64,000 nucleotides of DNA from Promethearchaeota archaeon (GTDB lineage Archaea > Asgardarchaeota > Lokiarchaeia > Sigyniarchaeales > SOKP01): contig SHMW01000007.1 of the NCBI GenBank assembly GCA_008080735.1, positions 21,315 to 85,314 of the forward strand, in the 5' to 3' direction. Of the stretch, positions 8,986-18,553 are shown piece after piece (the stretch's first letter is position 1; every line of letters starts with the position of its first letter). The position numbers and the translations under genes were made by a program. The notes under the pieces were generated by a model, which was not told where the DNA came from, did no database searches, and saw nothing but the letters and a program-made list of their open reading frames with translations.

Positions 8986-9429
8986 TTAATTCTTAATTAT
9001 AGAGACCCCACCATAAATTGCTGCATAGGTGCCTAAAAAGGACATAATTTGCATTAATGTCGCTATCGCCATTAAACTCATAAATTTAATAATCGTTTGC
9101 TGAGAAGGTTCAACTTTTTTTATGTCTTTACATTCATATCCTCCTACTTTAGAAATCACCCAGTTCATCGAGGCAGCACAGCAATCAATCGCATTATTTA
9201 AATTATATTCCAAAGTGTTGAAAAATTTATATTGGGGAGAGTTAGGATTTGTCCAATGTTCTCTCCATCCATCTTTTGTTGTAGCAGCCGAAAAGAAAGT
9301 GTCACGAGCAACCTTAAATGTTAGAGTCTCTGGATTCCAAAATTTAGTATTTAATAGATTAGGTAATATTTTTTGAGAAGGAATATTAGCGAAAAAGTAT
9401 AAAAATCGAAAATTTGTGATATTCTTCTT
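8986..9429 (-). pseudogene. Probable 5'-truncated gene remnant or gene with non-standard start
   Basis: The frame of the 75-aa ORF stays open upstream to 9429 (..KFWNPETLTFKVARDTFFSAATTKDGWREHWTNPNSPQYKFF..) with no ATG/GTG/TTG before 9213; hydrophobic C-terminus. Confidence 0.35.
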
Positions 9430-9594
9430 TTATCAAAATTTTGTGTGATTTGAAATCTTTAAAATATTCTCCTAAAATTTATCGATTCGGATTCATCATG
9501 GTCAATCTGAAATCTATAATTACTTTATAACACTATATTGATATAGAGAAAGGAATATTGGTGATTTAATATAGATAGAGAAAGAAAAAAAGAA

Positions 9595-9984
9595 GTGATG
9601 AATACTTTAGAGAGTTGCGTGGATATGGAGGGTGTTAATATGGTCCAATATTTTAATGAATTGAGGGAATTAGGAAAATCTATTCAAAAAAATAAAAAGT
9701 TTAGAGAAGTCTTGGACTTCTGCAACACTCTGGGCAATGAAGAACGTTTAAAAATCGTTGAGAGTCTTAAAAAGCAAGACCATTGTGTATGCGAATTAGA
9801 GGTTATTTTAGACAAATCTCAACCAACCATTTCCCATCACTTACGGGAACTGGAAAAGATTGGACTCATACGAGGCTGGAAAAAAGGAAAATTTACTCAT
9901 TATGATATTGTTGATGAGAAAATGGAGCATTATATAAGTTTATTGACATCACGTTTTAAAGAGAAGGGAAAATCCTCTAATTAA
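9595..9984 (+). CDS. arsR: ArsR/SmtB family metalloregulator
   Basis: LGNEERLKIV, HCVCELEVIL, SQPTISHHLRELEKIGLI; CVC As(III)-type site; divergent from the acr3 operon. Confidence 0.88.
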   Translation: MMNTLESCVDMEGVNMVQYFNELRELGKSIQKNKKFREVLDFCNTLGNEERLKIVESLKKQDHCVCELEVILDKSQPTISHHLRELEKIGLIRGWKKGKFTHYDIVDEKMEHYISLLTSRFKEKGKSSN

Positions 9985-10049
9985 AATTTGAAGTAGCATT
10001 CTTAGTTATTATTATAAATTGGAATAGAATAATATAAGTATACATAATA

Positions 10050-10589
10050 ATGTCTGAAATTAATATTAGTAAAGAGGATATCTCGTTCTTCGGAAATGAG
10101 GTACCTCAAGAGAAAGATATTATATTTAGTGGTTATGCACTAATTGCAAATAAAGTCGGCAGGATATATAGATGGCATTCACCCATTTTTATTACAACGG
10201 AAGAGATTATATTTTATCAACCTCTCCATTCTCGATTTAAAGAGGGGATAAATAAAGTAGAGCTCTATAAAACTCACGTATTTAAAAATTATAAGCATCT
10301 CTATGTTTCTTCTTGGGATATCCGACCGAAATATAATGAACGATCACCTGAAACAAAAGAGGAGTTTAAAGCACGATGGAAAAGGTTTCAAAAAACGGTC
10401 CTCCCTCATGTAATTAGGAGTATGAAGGAACATTTGAAATTCATCGAAGTAAATAAGGATGATCCTGAATTTTATAATGATAAAGATAATATGGAAATGC
10501 CTTGGTTTGGGACTGAAAAAAAATTAGAAACACATATTCAAAAAACATTGCCTAAACTCGAAAAAAAGTTAGCAAAAATTTCTAAATAA
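10050..10589 (+). CDS. Hypothetical protein
   Basis: 179-aa ORF with typical composition; no recognised motif. Confidence 0.65.
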   Translation: MSEINISKEDISFFGNEVPQEKDIIFSGYALIANKVGRIYRWHSPIFITTEEIIFYQPLHSRFKEGINKVELYKTHVFKNYKHLYVSSWDIRPKYNERSPETKEEFKARWKRFQKTVLPHVIRSMKEHLKFIEVNKDDPEFYNDKDNMEMPWFGTEKKLETHIQKTLPKLEKKLAKISK

Positions 10590-10616
10590 TATCTAAAAAC
10601 AAGAAGGTGGAGCGGA

Positions 10617-11393
10617 ATGGAAAATAAGTTAGATCAACCACTTTGGCTGATTGTTTGTCAATCTGATTTAATTGCCAAAGCTAACCTTGCTTCAGAGCTT
10701 AATCAGAATGATCTTACACTAGATTCATATTTTAATTTTGATATGTCTATTTCAGAGATATACAAAGGTACGGATATGCCAGAGCTCATCCCAATGAGAC
10801 AATATATTTACGAAGACACACACTTTCCTTTACAAAAAATGAAAAGTAATGATATAATCATTTTTGCGATAGATTATCGCCATGATAAATATAATAAGTG
10901 TTTTTACTTCACGGAAAATAACAATAATCCTTCTTTTATAATTTTTGATGATAATGTCGTACAAAAAATCAGATCGGAATTAGATCTGCAAAATAGATTG
11001 CTAAATAACTTTCTGGAGAATCCTAAGAAAGTTCCAAACGAAGATAAGATAAAACAATTCATCACGAATATTCTTAATCCAGAAAAAGCAGAAGAAACGT
11101 ATGAAAAAATTGAATCATTTAATTCAAAAGATGTTCCCGCACTGACTAAGCATATGAATGATCGACGGGAATTACCAATTCAACACATTCAATTAGCCAA
11201 CAAAAGTGAAAACGCATTCGAGGCATATCGACATTATAGTCCACAGCAAGTTATTGATCTTATCGCAGCTATTCTCAATCATATCACGGGTATGACATTT
11301 GGGTTTATTTATAACGGTGAAATCAGCTCAGAACGAGATAAAACCTATAAAAAATGGATTATTTGGCTTGAGAGACAAAACTTCAAAAACTGA
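10617..11393 (+). CDS. Hypothetical protein
   Basis: 258-aa ORF with purine-rich leader; no recognised motif. Confidence 0.65.
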   Translation: MENKLDQPLWLIVCQSDLIAKANLASELNQNDLTLDSYFNFDMSISEIYKGTDMPELIPMRQYIYEDTHFPLQKMKSNDIIIFAIDYRHDKYNKCFYFTENNNNPSFIIFDDNVVQKIRSELDLQNRLLNNFLENPKKVPNEDKIKQFITNILNPEKAEETYEKIESFNSKDVPALTKHMNDRRELPIQHIQLANKSENAFEAYRHYSPQQVIDLIAAILNHITGMTFGFIYNGEISSERDKTYKKWIIWLERQNFKN

Positions 11394-11403
11394 AATGGAA
11401 CTC

Positions 11404-12240
11404 TCACAAATTTTCTTCAATTTTTCTAAATTCTTTATTAACCAGTCTATCTATCCACCTTTCGGGTAAAATTTTGATTAATCGATATTTCAAGGTGCTG
11501 GGAGCAATCAAATAGCGTAATTTGGGTTTCTTTTTAATTAATGCTTCATAGACCACCTTACCAACTTCTTTTGGATTTAATCCTTCACTCTTTCCTTTTT
11601 CAATGGCGTGTTCTCCCAGTTTTTTAGCATACGGAGTGAAGATTGAGTTGGTTTCCCGTTTTAATAATTTCTTTCCTTTATCCCAAATAGGAGTGGCAAC
11701 TCTTCCTGGCTGAATAAGAATCACTTTCATATCGCAGAGGAGTAACTCTCGTCGTAATGAATCGCTATAACCTTCCAATGCAAATTTACTCGCGCAGTAG
11801 GGACCGAAAAACGGAGTCGCAAAAAACCCACTATCACTACTCATCATAATTATTCGCCCCTTTGACTTTTCCAGCAGAGGAAAAAATGTTTTAGTCACCA
11901 TATGAATTCCAAATAAATTTACTTCAAATTGTTCCCGAAGATCTTGAATTGGAAGATCCATAAGTGGTCCTGCACGAGCGATACCAGCATTGTTTACGAG
12001 GCCATAGAGCCCCGTTTTTTGTTCTTTAATATTATTAAATGCGTCTTGAATTGTCTTTTCAATAGTAACATCGAGATATATCGGGGAGATATTTGGAATA
12101 TTTACTAACTCTTGAAAGTCTTTACCATCCCGGACCCCACCATACACAGAAAACCCGTTATATGCAAGACATTCTGCTGTTGCGCGCCCAATACCGCTAC
12201 TCGCTCCTGTAATTAATATCGCCTTTCGATTTTCATTCAT
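11404..12240 (-). CDS. SDR family oxidoreductase (retinol/17beta-HSD-like)
   Basis: TGASSGIG, GLVNNAG, YCASK. Confidence 0.93.
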   Translation of the reverse strand: MNENRKAILITGASSGIGRATAECLAYNGFSVYGGVRDGKDFQELVNIPNISPIYLDVTIEKTIQDAFNNIKEQKTGLYGLVNNAGIARAGPLMDLPIQDLREQFEVNLFGIHMVTKTFFPLLEKSKGRIIMMSSDSGFFATPFFGPYCASKFALEGYSDSLRRELLLCDMKVILIQPGRVATPIWDKGKKLLKRETNSIFTPYAKKLGEHAIEKGKSEGLNPKEVGKVVYEALIKKKPKLRYLIAPSTLKYRLIKILPERWIDRLVNKEFRKIEENL

Positions 12241-12432
12241 AATTAGCCTAATTTCTTTTAATTATGTATTTTATCAATCTTTAACTAATGAATGAATCGC
12301 TATATATGAGCTCTATTGATGAATAGCTAAAAAGAAATAGAAAATGAATATTTAAAATAAAAATTGAAAATAAGCGAAATAAAAAAAACTTTAAATTAAA
12401 ATAAAGGAGATTTTGTTAAACATTCTGTTTTA

Positions 12433-12519
12433 CTATGTAAGACCATACTTAATTAGGATTATAATTATCACAACTATTATTAAAACTAATACACCTATAA
12501 AGATCCAGAATGGGTCCAT
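12433..12519 (-). CDS. Putative 28-aa single-pass membrane peptide
   Basis: MDPFWIFIGVLVLIIVVIIIILIKYGLT; clean ATG-TAG in an otherwise empty gap. Confidence 0.45.
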   Translation of the reverse strand: MDPFWIFIGVLVLIIVVIIIILIKYGLT

Positions 12520-12800
12520 TTTAGCTATTCAACTCTAATTGATTTCTATGTAGTAATATTTAAATTCTCTATAAATACTTTTTCAAAGTCCACTTTCCGA
12601 TCTAATGAAAAAAATGAAAAAACTTCAGATGGTTAGAATTGCCAAAATCTAAAATTTGATTTATATGTATAGATTATAAACTATTTCTTGAGATTCCCTT
12701 AATTTAGGAACTGTTTTTTAGAAAACCCTTATAGAGTGAAGAGATAAGATATATTTAATTAGATCGACACATAACACTAAAACCAAACGAGGTGTAAATT

Positions 12801-12917
12801 ATGCCTAAGGTTGAATTGGAATGTCCTATGTGTGATGCGACTTTTACTGGAGATACCGAAGAAGAGGCGAGGAGAAAAAAGAAGGAGCATGGTAGGACTC
12901 ATCACAGGAGTAAGTAA
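12801..12917 (+). CDS. Small zinc-finger protein (CxxC..H..H, DUF1059-like), 38 aa
   Basis: MPKVELECPMCDATFTGDTEEEARRKKKEHGRTHHRSK; GAGGTG RBS at 12789-12794. Confidence 0.8.
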   Translation: MPKVELECPMCDATFTGDTEEEARRKKKEHGRTHHRSK

Positions 12918-13147
12918 TTAGTTTTTTCATAAATACTCCCTTCTTTTATATTTTTTAAGGAAGAATCTAATTTTTTTTATTTACAATAATTAACTCATCT
13001 TAGAAATAGATTCTATTTTATTCTAATTTCATAAAATATGGAAACTCCCTTCCTTTTTATAGGGTAGAACAAGAATACATTTATTATGATGGATTTCCAT
13101 AAAATTAATGTTGAACCAATTTTTATCTTATTCGGGGAGATACCACT

Positions 13148-14413
13148 ATGAACGATTTTAACCGCAAAAAGAATTTAATAAAGTTTCTGAATATAATCAA
13201 CCCATCAGAAATTAATATTAAGAAGGAAGAGATATTTTATCGGGAAAAGTATAAAGAAATCATTAATTATTTGAAGTTAATTTTAACGGAATCCAAGGAT
13301 TTGGAAATTTATAATTATGTTAACCCAAAAGGATTAGTATTAATTCACGCTCATCCAGGAATTGATTTATTAGATTATCTAAAATTAATTTGTTCAAACT
13401 TTTATATTCATTGCGTACAATTTAAAGAATCTGAAATTGCCGAAAATCCTAAGGAATTTTTAGAGGATTTTACTAGTATTTTTAACTATTTTGATGAGAT
13501 TCTAATAGAAGAATCGGGCAAACAGAGTAAGGATAAAAATCAAAAGGAAGATAATTCAAAAGAAATTAATAATCAAAAACTACTAATAGTGAATCAAAAC
13601 CAGCGTTTGGAACAGCTTGTAGGGGTTAATAATTTGCTCCAGAAGTTCTTGTTTTATTATCAAGAAGAGGATAATTTAACTAAAATAATAAAAAATAATC
13701 TGGTAATCATATGGGTTATTTATAATTATGAAGGCATTTTAAACGTTTCAGACCAAATTTACAAAGTGTTTGATTTTATAATTAGAGTTCCGATATTAAA
13801 TAAGATGGAGCGACAACAGGTTTTTAGGGAATTCATGGAAAAGAATCCAAAAATCTCATTTGATATTAATAAACTTGTTGAATTGACAGAAGAATGGGAA
13901 GTTGAGGAGATTAATCATTTACTTAGAACGGGGATCTTAAAGCATCATATAAATGCCGATTTGAATACAACTAGCAATGAAATCACGGATATCATTATAG
14001 ATTTAGTGGAGTCCAGAGAATTTATTCCATATGGTAAAAAACACCTTGAAAAGAACAAAAAAGAACAAAAAAGCATCCCAGAAGGATCTTCTACAGAGAA
14101 AAACATAACAGAACGAGACTTGAAAGAACACATACCGATAGAGTCAAAAGAAGAGATTCTTAATCAAATTAAATCTGAAAATTATTCTGAGTTTATGCTC
14201 AACCAATTATATGAAAACGCTGCTTCGGAAAATTATAATGAATTGGTTTTGATTATTGATAAATTAGACAAAAAAGAACCTTTGGAAGATAACGATAGGA
14301 AATTACTGTCGAAATATCCATTTATATTAAATAATTCTCCATCCCGAGCCCAAATATTTCTCGAGAAAGCAAAAAAAAGAATTGATATGATTACCAAATC
14401 ATTCGGAAAATAA
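13148..14413 (+). CDS. Degenerate (likely inactive) AAA+ ATPase-like protein
   Basis: NPKGLVLIHAHPGIDLL aligns with classic PKGVLLYGPPGTGKT but lacks GKT; VFDFIIRVPILNKMERQQVF..DINKLVELTEEW resembles the AAA lid. Confidence 0.6.
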   Translation: MNDFNRKKNLIKFLNIINPSEINIKKEEIFYREKYKEIINYLKLILTESKDLEIYNYVNPKGLVLIHAHPGIDLLDYLKLICSNFYIHCVQFKESEIAENPKEFLEDFTSIFNYFDEILIEESGKQSKDKNQKEDNSKEINNQKLLIVNQNQRLEQLVGVNNLLQKFLFYYQEEDNLTKIIKNNLVIIWVIYNYEGILNVSDQIYKVFDFIIRVPILNKMERQQVFREFMEKNPKISFDINKLVELTEEWEVEEINHLLRTGILKHHINADLNTTSNEITDIIIDLVESREFIPYGKKHLEKNKKEQKSIPEGSSTEKNITERDLKEHIPIESKEEILNQIKSENYSEFMLNQLYENAASENYNELVLIIDKLDKKEPLEDNDRKLLSKYPFILNNSPSRAQIFLEKAKKRIDMITKSFGK

Positions 14414-14431
14414 GATAAGAGTAGATATTAA

Positions 14432-17400
14432 ATGAGTGATAATTCTAAAGAGACCATGGAAATAGGGAGGAAAAATCCATTGGAGAGACCAGTTCATATC
14501 CAGAAAGTCATTTTAGAAAACTTTCTCTCATTTAAAAAAGATGAAGTAAATATTGGAGATAATAAATTTATTATTATAATCGGACCAAATTGGAGCGGTA
14601 AGACATCAATATTTCAAGGAATAAAATTTGCGCTCGGAAGTAATGAGCGAGGAGAACGTTACCCCAAATGGTCAGATTTTATACGCCATGGACAAGACCA
14701 TACGATGGTTGAGATACATATTTTAGATAATTCTAACTTATTAAAAATCAGAAGAACTGTTGTAAAAGGTCATTCTCCGTTTTTCGAATTGAAAACACCT
14801 AAAGATAAAGAATTTAGAAAAGTTAAAGCCAGTGAAATTCAAGAGATCGTTTCAGAGCTACATTATAATCCTGATAATCAATTTGCGTTTGTGAGTCAAG
14901 GAAAGATCGATGCTATCAAGGATCTCAAACCTACTGAACTTTGTACTTTTCTTGAAGAAGGAATCGGATTGATTGGATTAAGAAAGGAAATTTTACAAAA
15001 AAAGGATGATATCGAGATTCTAAATTCAGAATTATTATCTCTAAACACAAAAAAGAATTCTTTAAATATCAATTTAGAGCTCTTGAGGCCAAAATTAGAA
15101 AGATTAGAGGAGAAAAAGAAGCTAGAGAAGAGAAAACGAAACTTTGAGGATGAGTTGTTATGGGCGAACCGTCAAAAATTATTATTGGAAATTGTGGATC
15201 TAACAGATGAGGTTAAAAAACTAAATTCTATGATACATACGGTTGAGACTCAAAAGCAAGAAAACCTCGAAGAAGCTGAATCATTATCAAAAGAAATTGA
15301 ACAAATAGAGGACGAAATTAATAAAATATCAAAAGAACTTGGGCAAAATGAATATCGTAAACAAGATTTAGTAGGGAAAATTAAGAGATGGCAGAAAGCA
15401 AAGGTTCAAATGAAAGAAGAACTGGACAGAATTTCTGAAAAAAGAAAAATTCAAGAAAAAAAGCTAGAAAACCTTCAAAAACAGAAAGTAAGCATTCACA
15501 GCAATTTATCTGCGGTAGATAAAGAGGTTTCTGATATTGAAGAGAAAATTGAAGAATTAATTAAAGAACAAGCGGAATTATCAGATAAAATCGAGGAAAA
15601 TAAAGTATTTTTAGAACAATATAATCAATTAGCCTCTGAAATAAAGCAAAAAGAAAGACAAATTGAAAAGAATAGAACTATAATACAAGATCTTGATAGC
15701 CAAATTAATCAACTGTTTCAAAGTTTCAAAGATATCAAACATAAACTGGATAAAAACAAATGGTTTTTAGAAAATCCAACTAAAAATTTATTAAAAGAGC
15801 TTGATGTAAAATTAGAAAAAACTTCATCGAGATTATTCGCTATTGAAGAGGAATTAAAGAAATTAGAACATGAAAAATCACGGAAAATTAATGAATTTAA
15901 GCGTTTGAGAGGATCCTTGGACGAAAGGAGAATTGTATTGCCAACGAATATAAATATTCTGAAAGATGAAATCAGAAAAAGAGATTTGGCTGTTAAGGGG
16001 CCTATTATTGAATATATTAAATATGATGATAAATTAAGTTATGCAATTGAATCTGTATTAGGGGAAAAGCTCCTATATAGTTTTGTTGCCTCCGATTGGG
16101 ACACATTAGATCTTTTAAAGAGGTTAAAAGAAAAATATAAAGCCTATTGTAATATCTATGTTCCTAAATCAGCAAATATTCACCCTTTAAGAACTTTTGA
16201 AGCCGAAGGGGCTGTTGGATATTTAGCAGAACTTATAAAAACCAATGATATTGAGATCAAAAAGGTAATTTACTCTAAAGTTAAAAATTGCTTGGTGGTG
16301 AAAGACTACAGAAGCGGGAAAGATATGTATAAGAAATATAATTTCAAAGGGAAATGTGTCACGCTTAAGGGAGAACAGATTATTTCATATAAATATGTCT
16401 ATGAGACTCCATATCGTAAACAATTAAAAGGATTATTGAGCGCAGGAACTCAAAAGGAGCAAGCAGATAAGTTAGAAAATCAGATAAAGCGTCTTACAGA
16501 TAATATTTCAGATTTAAAAGTGCAAGCATCAAAATTGGACAATATCCAAAAAGATATTTACAATAAAAAGCGTGCATTCAATGACCTCCTCTACAATTTT
16601 AACCAGAAACAGAGAATCACTTCAAAGAAAAACCAATTATATGAACAAAAGGCGAATTTAGAAGAACTAAACACTCAACTTTCTAAAGAGATTGATATTC
16701 TTAAAACTGAATTGAAAGAATTAGAAAAAGAAAAATCTCCCGATTTCTTCAAATGGAACGAACGTTTAAACAAAATACCTAACCAATTAAAAGATTTGAA
16801 TAAGGAAAAGAAAGAATGGAACAAAAAACTTGCCGAAAGTAGGGAAATATATTCTGCTGTTGACGCGAAAATAAGTAAGGTCGATAGCAAAATAGAACTC
16901 TTGAGTACAGAGTTTGAGACTAAGCAAGAAAACTTCCAAAAGGCGGATAAAGAAGCGTTTGAGATCTATCGGGAATTAGATGATGTTGAAACAAACATCA
17001 ATGAACTTAATGAGAAGATTTACAACTTAAAAGAAAAAAGAAAAGAGAAACTAGCGGACAAATCAATTTTAGATAAGAAAAGAATTGAATTAGAGTTAAA
17101 AATTGAACAAGAAACCATAAACTTAAAACATACTAAACAAGAACTTAATTCTAGAAATGAAGACTTGGCGCGTGTCGATAGGGAAATTGGTGGAGAGAAA
17201 AAGGAGGAGGAAATCGAAACACGACCCGTTCAAGAAATTAAAGACGACATCTTCCAAATAGACAAAGAATTATTGAAATATTATGATGTAGATGATTCTA
17301 TCTTAGTGGAGCGCGACCAAATTATGTCATCACTTAAGAAAATCGCAAAGAATCAGAAAGATTTGGAAAATGATATCAATGCTGCAAAAGATACGGAAAA

Positions 17401-17893
17401 TAAGTTAGAAAGTACCTATTATCGAAAGTTTGAGTCCGTCTTAGAGGAATTGGAATCAAAAATCAATTATAAATTTGAGGCATCTGAGATTAATGTCTAT
17501 TGTGCCTTAGAACTCATCGGAAATTTTGAAGAATTGGGAGTCGATATAAAAGCGGCGACTTCGAATAAACCTCTAATATCATGTACTGCTTTGAGCGGAG
17601 GGCAAGTCTCGATGGTATCCATCGCATTAATATTATCACTTCAAGAAATGCGACCATCACCCTTATGCATGTTTGACGAGGCTGCGATGTTTTTGGATGA
17701 TAAAAACGCCGAAATTACATATGAACTAATAAAATCGACCTTAGAACACAATCCTATTCAAATGATTATGTTTCTTCCCAAATCTTCTAATGCGTTATAT
17801 AAATTAGCTGAGCAATTAATTGGAGTCGCTCGAGTGGGAAAGGAAGAAGTATCAACAATATTTAAACCTAAAATAGTTGAACATAAAGGCTGA
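14432..17893 (+). CDS. SMC-family ATPase, Smc5/6-like
   Basis: LENFLSF, GPNWSGKTS, Q-loop PDNQFAFVSQGKI, long coiled coils, hinge VKGPIIEYIKYDDKLSYAIESVLG, LSGGQ, SPLCMFDEAAMFLD. Confidence 0.9.
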   Translation: MSDNSKETMEIGRKNPLERPVHIQKVILENFLSFKKDEVNIGDNKFIIIIGPNWSGKTSIFQGIKFALGSNERGERYPKWSDFIRHGQDHTMVEIHILDNSNLLKIRRTVVKGHSPFFELKTPKDKEFRKVKASEIQEIVSELHYNPDNQFAFVSQGKIDAIKDLKPTELCTFLEEGIGLIGLRKEILQKKDDIEILNSELLSLNTKKNSLNINLELLRPKLERLEEKKKLEKRKRNFEDELLWANRQKLLLEIVDLTDEVKKLNSMIHTVETQKQENLEEAESLSKEIEQIEDEINKISKELGQNEYRKQDLVGKIKRWQKAKVQMKEELDRISEKRKIQEKKLENLQKQKVSIHSNLSAVDKEVSDIEEKIEELIKEQAELSDKIEENKVFLEQYNQLASEIKQKERQIEKNRTIIQDLDSQINQLFQSFKDIKHKLDKNKWFLENPTKNLLKELDVKLEKTSSRLFAIEEELKKLEHEKSRKINEFKRLRGSLDERRIVLPTNINILKDEIRKRDLAVKGPIIEYIKYDDKLSYAIESVLGEKLLYSFVASDWDTLDLLKRLKEKYKAYCNIYVPKSANIHPLRTFEAEGAVGYLAELIKTNDIEIKKVIYSKVKNCLVVKDYRSGKDMYKKYNFKGKCVTLKGEQIISYKYVYETPYRKQLKGLLSAGTQKEQADKLENQIKRLTDNISDLKVQASKLDNIQKDIYNKKRAFNDLLYNFNQKQRITSKKNQLYEQKANLEELNTQLSKEIDILKTELKELEKEKSPDFFKWNERLNKIPNQLKDLNKEKKEWNKKLAESREIYSAVDAKISKVDSKIELLSTEFETKQENFQKADKEAFEIYRELDDVETNINELNEKIYNLKEKRKEKLADKSILDKKRIELELKIEQETINLKHTKQELNSRNEDLARVDREIGGEKKEEEIETRPVQEIKDDIFQIDKELLKYYDVDDSILVERDQIMSSLKKIAKNQKDLENDINAAKDTENKLESTYYRKFESVLEELESKINYKFEASEINVYCALELIGNFEELGVDIKAATSNKPLISCTALSGGQVSMVSIALILSLQEMRPSPLCMFDEAAMFLDDKNAEITYELIKSTLEHNPIQMIMFLPKSSNALYKLAEQLIGVARVGKEEVSTIFKPKIVEHKG

Positions 17894-18552
17894 TGATGAA
17901 AAATATCGACTTTTCAGAGGATATACGAAACAAGATTAGGGGGATTTTTGATAAGGTCCATTCAGGCGAGATTTCTTTACTTAATTATGAATTAGTCCCG
18001 ATTTTTCAAGAATTAAAAGATTCTCTGAATACTTCAAATCTGAATAATTATTCCAAGACCTATGTGGAAGCATGTAATCTTCTCGATAAAAAATTTGAAG
18101 AATTAAAAGAATTACTATACTCATTGGATGAGGAGAAAAAGTTTACAGAATACCTCGAATCAGAACCATCCGATAGTGAAATTTCAGCATTATTTACAGA
18201 TTGTTGGATAAAAACGTTTCATTCTCCGATCTTATCATATAATTTTCTTGAGGAAAGTAAGGATAGATTAATACGAGAAAGAACTTCTCCATTGGTAATT
18301 GAGCATTTACAAGCAGAGAAATCTAATGAGAAATTCATCTTAGAATTACCTAAGCACAAATTTACCGAAAAGATGATGAATTTTTTTGATGCTATTAAAG
18401 ATAAATTACCGTGTTCTTTCTATGAGGTTTTTGAGGAGGAAACCAACCAATTAGAATTATATAAACAGTTTGTCTATCTCTTGCATCTTCTTCAGATAGG
18501 AAAGATTCAATATCAAATGGAGACTAACACACTCTATTTAGGAGGCGTATAA
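17893..18552 (+). CDS. Kleisin-like (ScpA/Nse4-like) subunit
   Basis: TGATG coupling to SMC; C-terminal FYEVF..QFVYLLHLLQIGKIQYQ resembles the kleisin C-terminal winged helix. Confidence 0.65.
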   Translation: MMKNIDFSEDIRNKIRGIFDKVHSGEISLLNYELVPIFQELKDSLNTSNLNNYSKTYVEACNLLDKKFEELKELLYSLDEEKKFTEYLESEPSDSEISALFTDCWIKTFHSPILSYNFLEESKDRLIRERTSPLVIEHLQAEKSNEKFILELPKHKFTEKMMNFFDAIKDKLPCSFYEVFEEETNQLELYKQFVYLLHLLQIGKIQYQMETNTLYLGGV

Positions 18553-18553
18553 T

